Origin: Octopus sinensis
Taxonomy: Eukaryota
Assembly: GCF_006345805.1 (NCBI RefSeq)
Contig: NC_043001.1
Coordinates: 108,376,001-108,440,000 of the forward strand
DNA: 64,000 bases
Direction: 5' to 3'
Shown: piece after piece, positions 1 to 12,183 of the stretch
Numbering within the stretch: the stretch's first letter is position 1
Layout of the letters: every line of letters begins with the position of its first letter
Translations under genes and position numbers: made by a program
The notes under the pieces: model-generated
Database searches by the model: none
What the model was told of the DNA's origin: nothing
The model's input: only the letters and a program-made list of their open reading frames with translations

Positions 1-230
1 TTAACACACCAGGTAAAATGCTTAGTGGCATTTCATCCTTTATTATGTTCTGAGTTCAAATTCTGCCATGGTTGGCGTTGCCTTTCTTCCTTTCATGGTC
101 GATAAAATAAGTACCAGTTGAACACTGGGGCTGATGTAATCAACTTGCCCCCTCCCCCAAATTTGCTGGCCTTGTGCCAAAATTTCAAATCAGTATTGTC
201 CAGTAGAGTTGACCTGCCTTTTAATAATAA
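1..230 (+). mobile_element. SINE family B (tRNA-like head, Meta-domain-like core), partial copy
   Basis: B box GAGTTCAAATTC followed by a degenerate GCCTTTC..CCTTTC.GGGTCGATAAAATAAGTACCAG core shared with about 20 copies in the window. Confidence 0.8.
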
Positions 231-240
231 TAATGAAATT

Positions 241-567
241 ATTGTGCATAGAGCTCAGGTGAACTACAACTCGTTAAAGGTACACATACAGTACCTAGAA
301 TTACGTACAAAAATCAGGAAAGGGAATGGAGTGAGAGTTATGATATACATGTGTGCATGTGTATGGAGGGGGGGATATCAGGTGTGGTGTTCGTCAATTT
401 CAGGAAGCATGGAGGTTTTAAAGGATGCAATGTCTTAGCAACTAACAACTGATGCAGGTAGCTTGTTCCACGCTTCAGTAACTCTGAGTGTCAAAAAAAA
501 AAATGTTTCTGAAAGTCATGGGAGCTGTGCTGTTTTCTGACTTTGTAGGCATGCCCACGTGTGTTTT
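241..567 (-). mobile_element. CR1-clade LINE 3' fragment (end of ORF2 plus 3'UTR)
   Basis: Minus-strand translation TRGHAYKVRKQHSSHDFQKHF..TLRVTEAWNKLP, the CR1 C-terminal TRGH...FF..RV...WN.LP motif; homologous to 40080-40570. Confidence 0.8.
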
Positions 568-2185
568 ACCCTCCCAGAGTTGATAAATTAAGAACCAAAA
601 ATATACTGGAGGGAGGGATGATTTAATCAACTGCCCCCTCCCTCAAATTTTATGGTTACACACTACATATGTTAAAAATCAATATCTTAAGAAAGAAAAA
701 CGCAAATGAGCTCCAACATATCTATTCGCTCCCCTTAAAAAACTTGAAGATTCTGTGCCAGGTTTACTGAGCTTATACAAGGAATGGCTGTGTGGTAAGA
801 AGCCTGCTTCCCAACCACATGGTTCTGGGTTCAGTCCCACTCCATGGCACTTTAGGCAAGTTTTTTCTACTATAGCCTCGGGCCAACTAAAGCCTTGCAA
901 GTAGATTTGGTAGATGGAAACTGAAAGAATCCTACCATATCACCATCATCATCATTTAATGTCCATCTTCCATGCTAGCATGGGTGGGACAGTACCACGT
1001 GTGTGTGTGTGTGTGTGTGTATGTGTGTATGTGTGTGTGTATGTATGTGTGTATGTATGTGTGTATGTATGTACATATGTACACACGTATGTATGTATTT
1101 ATGTGTCTGTGGTTGTCCTGCCAACATTACTTGACAACTGACATTGGTGTTTTTACGTCCCCGTAATTTAGCTACAGCAGAAAATACTTGCCCAAGGTGC
1201 CAAACTGTAAGACTGAACCGAGAACCACGTGGTTGGGGAAGCAAGCATCTTACACACAAAGCCAATGTTTGTAGCTGATTGGATTAAACCCAGTATATTA
1301 CTGGTTCTTTTTTCATCAAATCTGAAAGTGTCAAGCTGAAAGACAAATGCCAGTACTCTGTGACATTTAAAACTCCAAACTGTGAAGGAGAGAAACAAAA
1401 CTAAATAGATGTAATGCATTGAGTTGTGTGAACTTTTCAATCAGCCGCCTACACAGCTTTTTACATTATTAAATTCTATAAATAGTTCTTAACATTTCTT
1501 CTTTATATATACAATTCTCTCAGTTCCCATTAATAATTCCTCTTAAAGCAAAAACTTGCTCCTATTTGAAAAATTCTCCCCTACCTTCCTCAACATGGAA
1601 AAAAAAATGTCATAATAAGTCGTATGAGTATAATAGCAAGAATTAAGAAAATGTAGATAGAGGTTCTTACTGTAGTGTTTATATATAATTCTTGGAATTT
1701 TTATTTTGATTTTTTATTGTGATTATGTTCATGGTATTTACAGACACTTAAAAGCCTGGTTGGTTTTATTAGATGTTTAGAAGTCAAGTGGGCTTGACGA
1801 ATTTAACAGAGCCTTAACATTACAGTGGCTTTGATTATACATATTTAACCTTGGCAGAGGCCACACAAAGAGAGTGGATTCAAAGAAAGTGGTGAAAGAA
1901 AATCTGTGTCAGCAAAGATTAAGCTAAAACTGTCTGAGAGTGAAGATGATTAGGGAGAGTGCTTTTGTCATTTACTTTCCTACAGCTCAAGCAACGACCC
2001 ATTTTTTTCTCTTAGAGACATGAGTAAAAGCCTGAGAGCCAGCAAATTCTTCACTCTTTACAGCAACTGCATGTAACAAGCTTTCCTATTTTCCAATAAC
2101 CCACGCTTTTGTAGCATTTGTCGTGAGTTGAAGTGTTGTTGGTCGGTCTGACATGATGACTGGCTCAGTTGCTGAATGATAAATA

Positions 2186-2572
2186 CCTGTTTCTTTACCA
2201 CCCACAGGGGGCTAAACACAGAGGGGACAAACAAGGACAGACAAACGAATTAAGTCGATTACATCAACCCCAGTGCATAACTGGTACTTATTTAATTGAG
2301 CCCCGAAAGGATGAAAGGCAAAGTCGACCTCGGCGGAAATTGAACTCAGAATGTAGTGGTAGACGAAATACCTATTTCTTTACTACCCACAAGGGGCTAA
2401 ACACAGAGGGGACAAACAAGGACAGACAAACGAATTAAGTCGATTACATCGACCCCAGTGCATAACTGGTACTTAATTTATCGACCCCGAAAGGATGAAA
2501 GGCAAGTCAACCTCGGCGGAATTTGAACTCAGAACGTAACGGCAGACGAAATACGGTTACGCATTTCGCCCA
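2186..2572 (-). mobile_element. SINE family B, internally duplicated (dimeric) copy
   Basis: Two units of about 185 bp joined at agacgaaatacctatttctttactacccac. Confidence 0.85.
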
Positions 2573-3016
2573 GTGTGGGAGGTAATATGCCTACTGCACC
2601 ACTTTGTTTAAGGTTATTATTTAGTCCTTGAGTACTTTTACTGGAATTAACTTGGAGGCAAAGATCTTGACCAGGTGCCAGGCTCAACATTCTTCCTGCT
2701 GATATTAACCTGAAGATGATCAGACTAAACATCGGCTGCTTCAAGATCAATGCTCTGAGAGGCTTAATATACATTATGACCACTGGCCAGCTTCCTCTGA
2801 TTAAGCTACAAAACAAACAAAACTGTGGCCGCTCGCTGGCGTTTTCTCCATTTTCCCCTCAATGGGGAAAAAAATCAAACAATTAACAATATCAACAAAC
2901 AGCAATAACGAACAATTAATTAACACCCTACTCTTCAGCCACCATATTCTGGGCCCTATAAGGTTATCAAAAGAGAACCCAAGTATTTCGTTTTCGATAT
3001 TGGAGGTAAACGAAAT

Positions 3017-3184
3017 ATGGCATCGATTGATCGTTTGAAAAAAACCTTCATTGAGGAGGACTTACATTCAATTCCCTCCGTTCCTCGCCAACTCCAGCAA
3101 ACACCACAGATTCTGCACAACCCCAACACACCAAATCAAGAAGAACAGTTCAATGGTCCGCAAGGTTTGTGCCAAGTTTTTCGG
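3017..3184 (+). CDS. Candidate ATG-initiated first exon (56 codons), antisense within the WDFY3 intron; product unknown
   Basis: aaatATGG start, open frame MASIDRLKK...LCQVFR, ending in phase 0 at CGG|gtaagt. No homology recognised. Confidence 0.25.
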
Positions 3185-3464
3185 GTAAGTCCCGAACTCT
3201 TAACCTACCCATCTTCTTAAATGAAATGCATACATCAACACATAACTCACATGACTGCATCACCCACATACAACCCAAAGAAATCAACAAACATTTTGTA
3301 TACATAAAGAAAAAAAAAGGAGAACAAAAAAAAAATGTTGTTCCACATCAACGAAAAACTTTCTGTATGAACAATTTACTGAACATTTCACAAGCGAACT
3401 TTTTCGATGAACATTTCTTTCATTTTTTTTGCTCCGGGCCATATGCACAATGTACGGAACTTAC

Positions 3465-3662
3465 CTTGCAAAACAGAGGTAACATGTTGTAGAGTTTATC
3501 CTCCTGTTCTTTCTGAGTAACATTTCCTTGTGGCTGGCGGAACTCCGCAAATAGTTTCCTCAGATGCATCAAACCAAGTGCATTATCCTGCGAGCTGATT
3601 GCCACAGAGGCCGACGGCTCTGGTGTTGCCCGAGGGCTAACTAGCTTCCGCATAAAACTCAT
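3465..3662 (-). CDS. WDFY3: First coding exon (66 codons) of WD repeat and FYVE domain-containing protein 3 (Alfy / blue cheese, BEACH family); the gene continues leftward out of the window
   Basis: Translation MSFMRKLVSP...SSQDNALGLMHLRKLFAEFRQPQGNVTQKEQEDKLYNMLPLFCK closely matches the vertebrate WDFY3 N-terminus as I recall it (QDNALGLMHLRRLF...TQKEQEEKLYMMLPVF). It ends at a perfect phase-0 donor AAG|gtaagt (3464). I did not find the next expected exon (VF...IRRRAS) in 1-3464. Confidence 0.93.
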
Positions 3663-3720
3663 TTTCTTTTCTCAGCCGGTAACAGCTGCAAGATAAAAGT
3701 AAAAAAAAAAAAATTACTAT
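3663..3720 (-). promoter_or_regulatory. WDFY3: 23-nt 5'UTR portion of the WDFY3 exon plus an upstream splice acceptor
   Basis: The minus strand reads T-run-acttttatcttgcag|CTGTTACC...AAAATG, with the acceptor AG at 3687-3686. This implies an upstream non-coding exon. Confidence 0.6.
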
Positions 3721-4374
3721 AAGTATTTATCATATTTTGTTTCAATTTCTTTTATTTCTTAGTTTGGGGAGGGGCAATTCCATAGCTTTAAGAAGACACA
3801 GAAGACAGAGGAAAGCATTTAATTACAAAAATCAGACCATTAAACACTAACATTTCAAGTTTTTGATTTAGTTTCAGAGAAGGAAAATATGGCTGAAAAG
3901 AGAAAATGGGACGTGCAAGTTCTGAAAGGAAACAGATGAATATTTTGTATAGAATCTGGTACATGAGATGTGATTTAAAGTCAGTATAATGTAGAGAATG
4001 TTGATACATCGATGGGTTTAGGGAGAATGTGATAAGTAGAGATCATTTTCAGAAGGACGGCATTCATTGTAAAGATAAGAGCAAAGACAAAGAGGAAACC
4101 CTTTATATCAACCAAGTAAAAAGGTGAAATTTTGACAAAAGAGACTAACAGGGTAAGTACCAGAATTTGGAGAATGTATAATCATCAATTATGTTTCACA
4201 TAATAAAATCCAAGAGATATATATTGTATACGGTGCGAATGTAGTTTCTTTACAAACTGTCCTTTAGTCTTTGATTTAAGTCATCAGACCCCACTTTACG
4301 TGATAACCATTCATTAACTTATGCTACAAATACCAACATATGTAAATATATACACAGATGAAAGCACAAGGTGA

Positions 4375-4751
4375 TGGCTAACCTTATAACATAACCAAAA
4401 CTTCTGCACGTTTTACCCTTGACTGGCTTCCATGTCGGTGGCAAGTAAAAACCACCAACCGATCGTGGCTGTTGCCAACCTCCCCTGGCACCTGTACCAA
4501 TGGCACGTAAAAAGCACCATCCATATGTGGTCAATGCCAGCGCCACCTTGACTGGCTTCCATGCCGGTGGCATGTAAAAAGCACCCACTACACTAACAGA
4601 GTGGTTGGCGTTGGGAAGGGCATCCAGCTATAGAAACACTGCCAGATCAGACTGGAGCCTGGTGCAGCCTCCTGGCTTCCCAGACCCCGGTCAAACCGTC
4701 CAACCCATGCTAGCATGGAAAACAGACGTTAAACGATGATGATGATGATGA
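4375..4751 (+). mobile_element. RTE-clade LINE 3'UTR copy with about 3 VNTR units and a (GAT)n tail
   Basis: GAGTGGTTGGCGTT.GGAAGGGCATCCAGCT...CAACCCATGCTAGCATGGAAAACAGACGTTAAACGATGATGAT; the RTE assignment is by 3'-end style and (GAT)n tail. Confidence 0.75.
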
Positions 4752-5199
4752 CACAACATCCATTTTTGCCAATACAATTTTCTTTGCATAATACTCTTTC
4801 TTTGCATGCTTTCAATAATATAAATTATAGCTGTAGCATTGCATACAGATGCACAATTTGATGCATCTTATGTTTCAACAATCATTTGGCACAGCTAAGA
4901 TCTTCTTGCTTTTACTTTGTATCACAACTAATGAACAATAGCACTATCGGTTACAACTGTCCAAACTGCCAATCAGGCCTTGCTTACTAGGATTGCCTCA
5001 AACCACTAAAGCTCTGTTCTCTACAACACCACTATGAAATGCTATACTGTTTGTATATTGTGTAGAATGTACCATCAGAATCACTCAAACTATGTATCAC
5101 GTTTAAAAAATTACTCATCACAACACATTATCAGCCGGCAACACTGTTTTTTTTTTAAACCCAAGTTGCCCTGCTTTATTCAACACTATCTGGAAACAG

Positions 5200-5465
5200 A
5201 TAGAGTGTGGGCTACTAACCCCAAGATTCCAAGTTCAATTCCAGACAGTGACCTGAATAATAATAATAATAACATAAAAAAATATCTTAGGAATCAGAAC
5301 CTATGTTCGAAATTTCCCCCAGACACCTGATGAAGGCTGGAGGGTATATCAGCCGAAATGTTGTGTTAACAATAAACAAGGTGAGGACAAATATCCGTCA
5401 AATGTAAATAATGTAAAGAATGGAAATAATGTACATAATTCCTCGTCTCTTAAATATAAAACTGT
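5200..5465 (+). mobile_element. Family C: tRNA-headed repeat with a Penelope-like tail and hammerhead motif (5'-truncated head)
   Basis: gggctactaaccccaagattccaagttcaattcc head remnant, (AAT)n, then GACACCTGATGAAGGCTGGAGGGTATATCAGCCGAAATGTTGTGTT at 5322-5367. Confidence 0.8.
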
Positions 5466-6460
5466 ACTAAGCATTTTGCCTGGCATGCTAATAATTCTGC
5501 CAACTCGCTGCCTTAGAAAGAATTATTAACATTGCATAGTGAGTACTCTTTACATGTGTGTCAGTGCGTGAGTGTGTGTGTGTGTGTATGTGTGTGTGCA
5601 TGTACAGCTGTGATATCTGAAGATGACAGGAGATTTCCCAAATGTAACAACAGTTAATTTGTTGAACATGCAAGATAAAAATAAATGCTTTCAAATAATG
5701 TATATATAAAAAAAATGTATATGCAAACAATGAAAATCTCGAGGATCTGAAATATAGATTATTAATCACAAGAAACAACTAGAGACATCTGGATAATAAC
5801 ATCGAATGAAATATGCTTATTTAGTTACCTCGTTAATTAAAAAGGAGGCGGCCATAGTTTGACAGGTATAAAAAAATCCCAATGTACAATCAAAATTAAT
5901 CTGCCACCTGGAAATTACTAAAAGGCTTAACCAAATTTTGTTGGGTCTTGGGAGTGTCATGATGCCAATAATAACATATGCACAGGTTCAATTTCACTTC
6001 TATATTGTTAGTCAATTGGTTGAATATCTTACTGTGAATTCACATCAAGAATCTCGCAAACAAAATACAAAATCAACTTAACTACAGATCAAACTTAAAT
6101 ATTGATTTCAAATCTTGACACAAGGTCTGCTTTTCAGGGGAGGGGGATGAGTTGACCTCATTGACCCCCATGCTCAACAGGTACTTATTTTTATCAACCC
6201 TGAAAGGGCAAAAGGTAAAAATCAACCTCAGTGGAAACTGAACTCGGAATGTAAAGAGCCAACATTGAATGCGTTATCCCAATGAATATTTGCAAAATTT
6301 TAAAAAGAGAAATAACAAGAATTTATCAGCAAAAAATAACAATAACAATACTAACATTCTACTAAGGATTTGTGTTTTTATTGTTTTATATTCTTGATTA
6401 TAAGATGGACTGTTTTGTAGAGGGAAAATTGCTGGCCAGTCTGTTGGAGTGACTAGTTAA

Positions 6461-6681
6461 CTCTTTCGTTACAATATTTCTGTTGAGATGCTCTGTGTCT
6501 CTTTCAATTATTTTAAATATAACAAAGAATTTAGTAAAATAACTTAGTTATCATTAAGCTAGTGTTAGGAGCACAAATTGTGACTAAGGTTTGGTGGAAG
6601 ATTTTAATTCAAAACTTATGAAAACAAGATATTTGTACTACAGAGCCACAGGTGGTTTCAGCCAGGTTGGTATCGAAAGGG
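6461..6681. mobile_element. piggyBac-like MITE family 1 (about 222 bp)
   Basis: TTAA-flanked, ends CTCTTTCG.TAC / GTATCGAAAGGG; homologous to the copies below. Confidence 0.85.
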
Positions 6682-7857
6682 TTAATGAATGAAAATGTAT
6701 TCCTTGAGCTGCATGAAAAAGTAACTGAACAACACCCACAAACATTTAACAGAAGATTTTATCATCACACATAAAGTCAAACTGCATAGGTCTTTTACTA
6801 ATAACAACAGCAATAATTAAATACTGGTAGAGATATACTACTTGGAGTCTACTACAAGATTTTGATATGGCAAGTGACCATCTACCATCTATTTTAACCA
6901 TTTGGCATTGGTGAGAATGGTGTAGCTGCCTCAACATTCTACATGGCAAGCGGTAAGATGTGTGAATGACTTGGCTGGTCTCAACACTCTGCACAGAGGT
7001 AAGGCAACAAAATCGGCTTTTTTAAGAGCACAAGAAGAAGAATCTAGGAGGCTGAATTACACGATGGCTTGGCACTGATTGGAAGTTTAACAGACTGATC
7101 ACATAAAATAATCTGGTTCGGTTATGATGTCTGACCTAGTGGGTCTTGTTTCAAATCACCACTACAGAAGTTTGACCCATATGATATCAACCTGCCTATG
7201 GCCACCTTTGATTCAGAGTGGTTGGCATTAGGAAGGGCATTGAGCTGTAGAAACCTTGCCAGATTAGATTGGAGCTTGGCGCAGCCTACTGGCCCTCCAA
7301 TCCCCAGTCAAACCATGCAACCCATGCCAGCATGGAAAACAGACACTAAACGATGATGATAATGATACAATATGCTTTAATATTTGTATATTAATTAATA
7401 ATCATGGAAGATTGAAATTACTCAGTGTTACTACTTAAAGTTACACAAATATTTTTGATAATAGGTCTGTTCATATGGAAGTGTCCCAGGGCTAAACAAC
7501 AACAACAAGTTTCCTACAACTAGAATCCATGTTACATTTGTAGCAAAGAAGTTATTTTGCAGCTCTTATCTCTTATTTTAAATCAACTTCGAAAACCCAA
7601 ACTGAACTAACAAATTAATTGGGCCATTTCATCAACTAATTTAGCTTCTGAAAAAAAAAAAAAATTCTTTAAATATTAAGAATATAAAAAATTCCATTGC
7701 TACTGCAGCTACATAAATGCTGCTGGAAAAAAAGGAGAAAAACGGAATCAGCATCACCATCCACTCCAGGCCTGAAAATATTCCAGTTATTTGGTATTTG
7801 GCAATCATTATTATCATTGGTGGTATGCTGATAAAGGATTACAAATATTATGTGCAT

Positions 7858-8022
7858 ATGCGGGAGTGGCTGTGTGGTAAGTAGCTCGCTAACCAACCAC
7901 ATGGTTCTGGGTTCAGTCCTACTGTGTGGCATCTTGGGCAAGTGTCTTCTGCTATAGCCTCGGGGCCGACCAATGCCTTGTGAGTGGATTTGGTTGATGG
8001 AAACTGAAAGAAGCCTGTCGTA

Positions 8023-8083
<61 letters not shown>

Positions 8084-8299
8084 ATATTTTTGTGTGTCTG
8101 TGTTTGTCCCCCTAGCATTGCTTGACAACCGATGCTGATGTTTTTAGGTCCCCGTCACTTAGCCGTTCGGCAAAAGAGACCGATAGAATAAGTACTGGGC
8201 TTACAAAGAATAAGTCCCGGGGTCGATTTGCTTGACTAAAGGCGGTGCTCCAGCATGGCCGCAGTCAAATGACTGAAACTAGTAAAAGAGAGAAAAGAG
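7858..8299 (+). mobile_element. SINE family A (tRNA-like head, CCTTGGGCAAGT core, central (TA)n(TG)n, (TAAAAGAG)n tail)
   Basis: A box TGGCTGTGTGG, B box GGTTCAGTCC, near-identical to about 20 other copies. Confidence 0.9.
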
Positions 8300-8341
8300 A
8301 TATGTATAAATATATAAACACACACACATATATGTATATAT

Positions 8342-8710
8342 ACAGTGATACCTCGCAGTATGAGTTTAATTTGTTCCATGACCGAACTCGTCTTACGATT
8401 TACTTGTTTTACGAATCAATTTTCCCCATTGAAATTAACTAAATTATAATTAATCCGTTCCAGCACCCAAAAAAACACTCAAAATAATTTTCCATGGGTT
8501 TCAATACAGAAAAGGTGTAGTTACATGTAAAATGGCAATTATAAAAAAAGCAAATGCAAAGGAAATATGTAAACTGGTTTTATTAACTGAATAACATTAA
8601 AGGCGAGATGATTTGTGTGCTTGTACTGCGGATTTTCCACTCATACTTCAAGACAAAAATTCGCACAAGCCTTGGCTCAAAAAGCAAACTGCCTGTACAA
8701 TGGGACACTC
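8342..8710 (+). mobile_element. Possible pogo/Tigger-like DNA transposon remnant
   Basis: Starts TA|CAGTGATACCTCG, a Tigger-type terminus; no clear matching right end. Confidence 0.4.
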
Positions 8711-8714
8711 ATGT

Positions 8715-9130
8715 ACATTATCTACATTTGACAGATATTTGTCCTCATCTTGTTTGTTGTTAACACAATGTTTCAGCTGATGTACCCTCCAGCCTTCATC
8801 AGGTGTCTTGGAGAAATTTCAAACATGGGTTCTCATTCCTAAGATATTTTTCAATGTTGTTGTTATTATTATTATTAATATCCAGGTCACTGCCTGGAAT
8901 CGAACTCAGAATCTTGGGGTTAGTAGCCTGCACTCTTAACCACTATGCCATATGACCGTGGGCAATTATGGAGTGAATTTTAGGGCTTACAAATAATAAT
9001 AATAATAACAACAACATCGAAAAATACCTTAGGAATGAGAACCCATGTTCAAAATTTCCCCAAGACACCTGATGAAGGCTGGAGGGTACATCAGCCAAAT
9101 ATCCGTCAAATGTAGATAATGTAAATAAGA
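8715..9130. mobile_element. Family C inverted pair: full-head copy on minus (8963-8715) and a tail-only copy on plus (about 8992-9130)
   Basis: Head TGGCATAGTGGTTAAGAGTGCAGGCTACTAACCCCAAGATTCTGAGTTCGATTCC (A and B boxes); hammerhead-like cores at 8762-8807 (-) and 9064-9096 (+, truncated). Confidence 0.82.
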
Positions 9131-10716
9131 ATTTATTTAAAATTGCACAAAATGCTGTTGGACAAAAAAATCATCAGACAAAAAGACATTGGACCAAAAG
9201 ACGTGGACAAAGTGATGTTGGACAATGTGACATCAGAAGAAAGTTGGGTCGCAGGTGGCATGCTGTAAAAAAAAAAAAAAAAAAGCACCCATGCTGATGC
9301 CACATTAAAAGCGCCTAGTATACTCTGTAAAGTGGTTAGCAATGCTAAGGAAGGACATCAAGCCATAGTAACCTTGCCAAAACGGACAACTGAAGTCTGG
9401 TACAGCCCTCTGGCTCGCCAGCTTCTGTCAAACTGTCCGACCGATGTCAGCTTGAAAAACAAGCATTGGATGATGATGATGAGTGAATGAATTAATGAAT
9501 GAATGAAAACAGATGAACTTTATGTTTGACAGAGTAATATCAAAATGCTAACGGGTTAATCCAGTGGATGTGTTTGGCCAGATTAGCAGAGGTTTAGTTA
9601 ATCCGGCAGGAAATGAATCTTCTTTCTAAAATCCATTCATTCCTTACTTTAGTTTCTCCAATAACACTTGTATCCCAGTTTTGCACAAATATTCTTCATT
9701 GCACCAGTTTGGTTATTTTAATAAATCCCAAAAGTATTGAATCAATGACATTGGTTGTTGGTGGTAAACAATTGCTGGTACCAATTAGGAGACAGATAAG
9801 AACATTCTGGTTTATTGAACAAAAATTATTGTTTATCATGAAATATGTATCAGCTTCAGGAAAGCCGAAATAATATCATTAGTCACTGGGGGGAAAACTT
9901 TTGATATAAAAATAATTAACATCACCACTAAGATAATTAACTAAAATATCAAGGAAAAAAAATACAAAATACAAGGAAAAACAAGCAACGGAACAAAAAC
10001 AGTGTAGCCCAGTAGATTATATTTTCATTAAAATTTGGCCAGCCAAAGGCAATTGTGTTGATATTGAAATTGTATTTACTAAAGAACTTTAAAATATTTC
10101 AGTGTGGAAAAGGAAACAGCAAAATGCTAATAGAGATGAATAATAGGGGTAAAAGAAAAAAAAGAAACAAAAACTGCTGCCACTGTTAAATTAGTCATTA
10201 ACTACATTGTCCTCTTAATTAGTGACTAATTAGAGAATTCTTCATATTGTACGATAGTATAGCTTAATAGGAGCGTCTTCCTTTTTGTCGCATTTTATGG
10301 AGAAACCCAAGTAGATAAACGCTGACTGTTAAACTGATAATCTAATATGCTAACATACTGACATTCTTGGGAGAATATTAATCGATTCTGTATTGAAACA
10401 AATTCCTTTGATTCGGTAACATCTAAGTCAACACGTGTTTCTGTGAAAACCAACATTCTAAGATATAGAAAATCAAACTGGTGAATCAAATTATTAATGC
10501 TATCATCATCATCATCGCTACTACTGACTCCAATGTTTCTGCAACCTCCTGTTAATCATATGCCGGGTTATTTTCCATGACGATATAACAGTAGAACCAC
10601 TTCTTTGATTAAACCTAACTCTTTATCCTTTCAACTGACCCTTGTACAATTTTCAATGCCACATTCCAAATCCATTTACATCAGCTTGCTAACCAACCAC
10701 ATGGTTCCGGGTTCAT

Positions 10717-11135
10717 AGGCGCAGGAGTGGCTGTGTGGTAAGTAGCTTGCTAACCAACCACATGGTTCCGGGTTCAGTCCCACTGTGTGGCATCTTGGGC
10801 TAGTGTCTTCTGCTATAGCCCCAGGCCGACCAATGCCTTGTGAGTGGATTTGGTAGACGGAAACTGAAAGAAGCCTGTCGTATATATGTATATATATATA
10901 AGTGTGTGTGTGTATATGTTTATGTGTCTGTGTTTGTCCCCCTAGCATTGCTTGACAACCGATGCTGGTGTGTTTACGTCCCCGTCACTTAGCGGTTCAG
11001 CAAAAGAGACCGATAGAATAAGTACTGGGCTTACAAAGAATAAGTCCCGGGGTCGATTTGCTTGACTAAAGGCGGTGCTCCAGCATGGCCGCAGTCAAAT
11101 GACTGAAACAAGTAAAAGAGTAAAAGAGTAAAGAG
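10717..11135 (+). mobile_element. SINE family A, full copy, preceded by a duplicated head fragment (10682-10715)
   Basis: AGGCGCAGGAGTGGCTGTGTGGTAAG...GACTGAAACAAGTAAAAGAG. Confidence 0.9.
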
Positions 11136-12048
11136 TGGTTCTTAGCAAGGTTCCATATGACCTTTGAGGGTCCACATAAGATTTCATTGTTGAAACCAGG
11201 GCTGTGTAGTCAGAGTTGGAAACAATTAAGAGATAGTCGGAGTCAGAGTCGGTAAAAGTATACTGACTCCGATTCAGTGGATTCAGTTCCACTGCATGGC
11301 ACCCTGGACAATTTGGTAGATAAAATCTGAAGGAAGTATGTCATGTGTGTGTGTGTGTGTGTCTTTATATATATGCATATATACAATGGGCTTCTTTCAG
11401 TTTCAGTCTACCAAATCCACTCACGAGGCTTTGGTCGGCACAAGGCTATAGTAGAAGACACTTGGCCAAGGTGCCACGCAGTAGGACTGAACCTGGAACC
11501 ATGTGGTTGGTAAGCAAGCTACTTACCACACAGCCACTCCTGGCTAGTTATGATTTTTAAATATTTGCTCCCAACAACACAGCCAATAAATGAAGGCTAT
11601 TGTAGATTCATCAGCTAATAAAGTGGTATTCATTATATTCTATCTCTATCTCTTATTTACTTGTAAAACCTCCCTCGCTGCACCTTCATTTACATAATAG
11701 ATGCATTCAAAAAGAACCAACCAGACAATCTAAAATTCACCATTACAGTATCTCAAATCTCTGAGATGTTATTTGAGAAGTTTACTGCACCAAATTACAC
11801 ATAAAAAATGTCATCGTAATACAAGCAGAATCATTGACAGTCAAGTGTAGGAAATATAAAGCAGAGAGATTAAAAGTTTACGCAAACCAATAAATCAACG
11901 ACCAAATGTTAAAGAGCAACTGAACGTTGTTAATAATGATTTCACTGTTTCACACACGAAGACGCACATTACTATGAAGTGAAGAAGACCATGTGGCACA
12001 TAAGAGCCTCATGTTAGGACTTTTATTGTGGTGTTGTAAGGAATTCAC

Positions 12049-12183
12049 CTGACATGCACCACCGTCGCAACGGTCAACAGTATGGAACAGCATCTGGTTG
12101 TCAAAATAATCCGACAAAGCAGTATGGTGAGAAATATCACCAAATGTGTCAATAGACACAGCAGATGAGCCCAATAATGGAAC
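12049..12183 (-). CDS. Candidate internal exon (45 codons, phase 0-0) of an unidentified gene
   Basis: tgtatag|GTT...TGTCAG|gtgaat; open frame VPLLGSSAVSIDTFGDISHHTALSDYFDNQMLFHTVDRCDGGACQ; non-repetitive and GC-richer than its flanks. A second frame is also open. Confidence 0.4.

Noticed and set aside
7669-8118. Recurrent ORFs beginning MLGGQTQTHK, MSSDAGGTN or MLQHG
   Set aside because: They are reading frames through SINE A copies, with inconsistent frames between copies.
9613-9873. ORF ending SASGKPK, reminiscent of AP5M1
   Set aside because: It is a short motif followed by a stop, with no other similarity and no splice support.
10295-10560. Terminal exon for the minus-strand chain (...SQRLSTWVSP*)
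   Set aside because: Its acceptor is phase 1, incompatible with the phase-0 end of the 12049 exon, and the polypyrimidine tract is weak.
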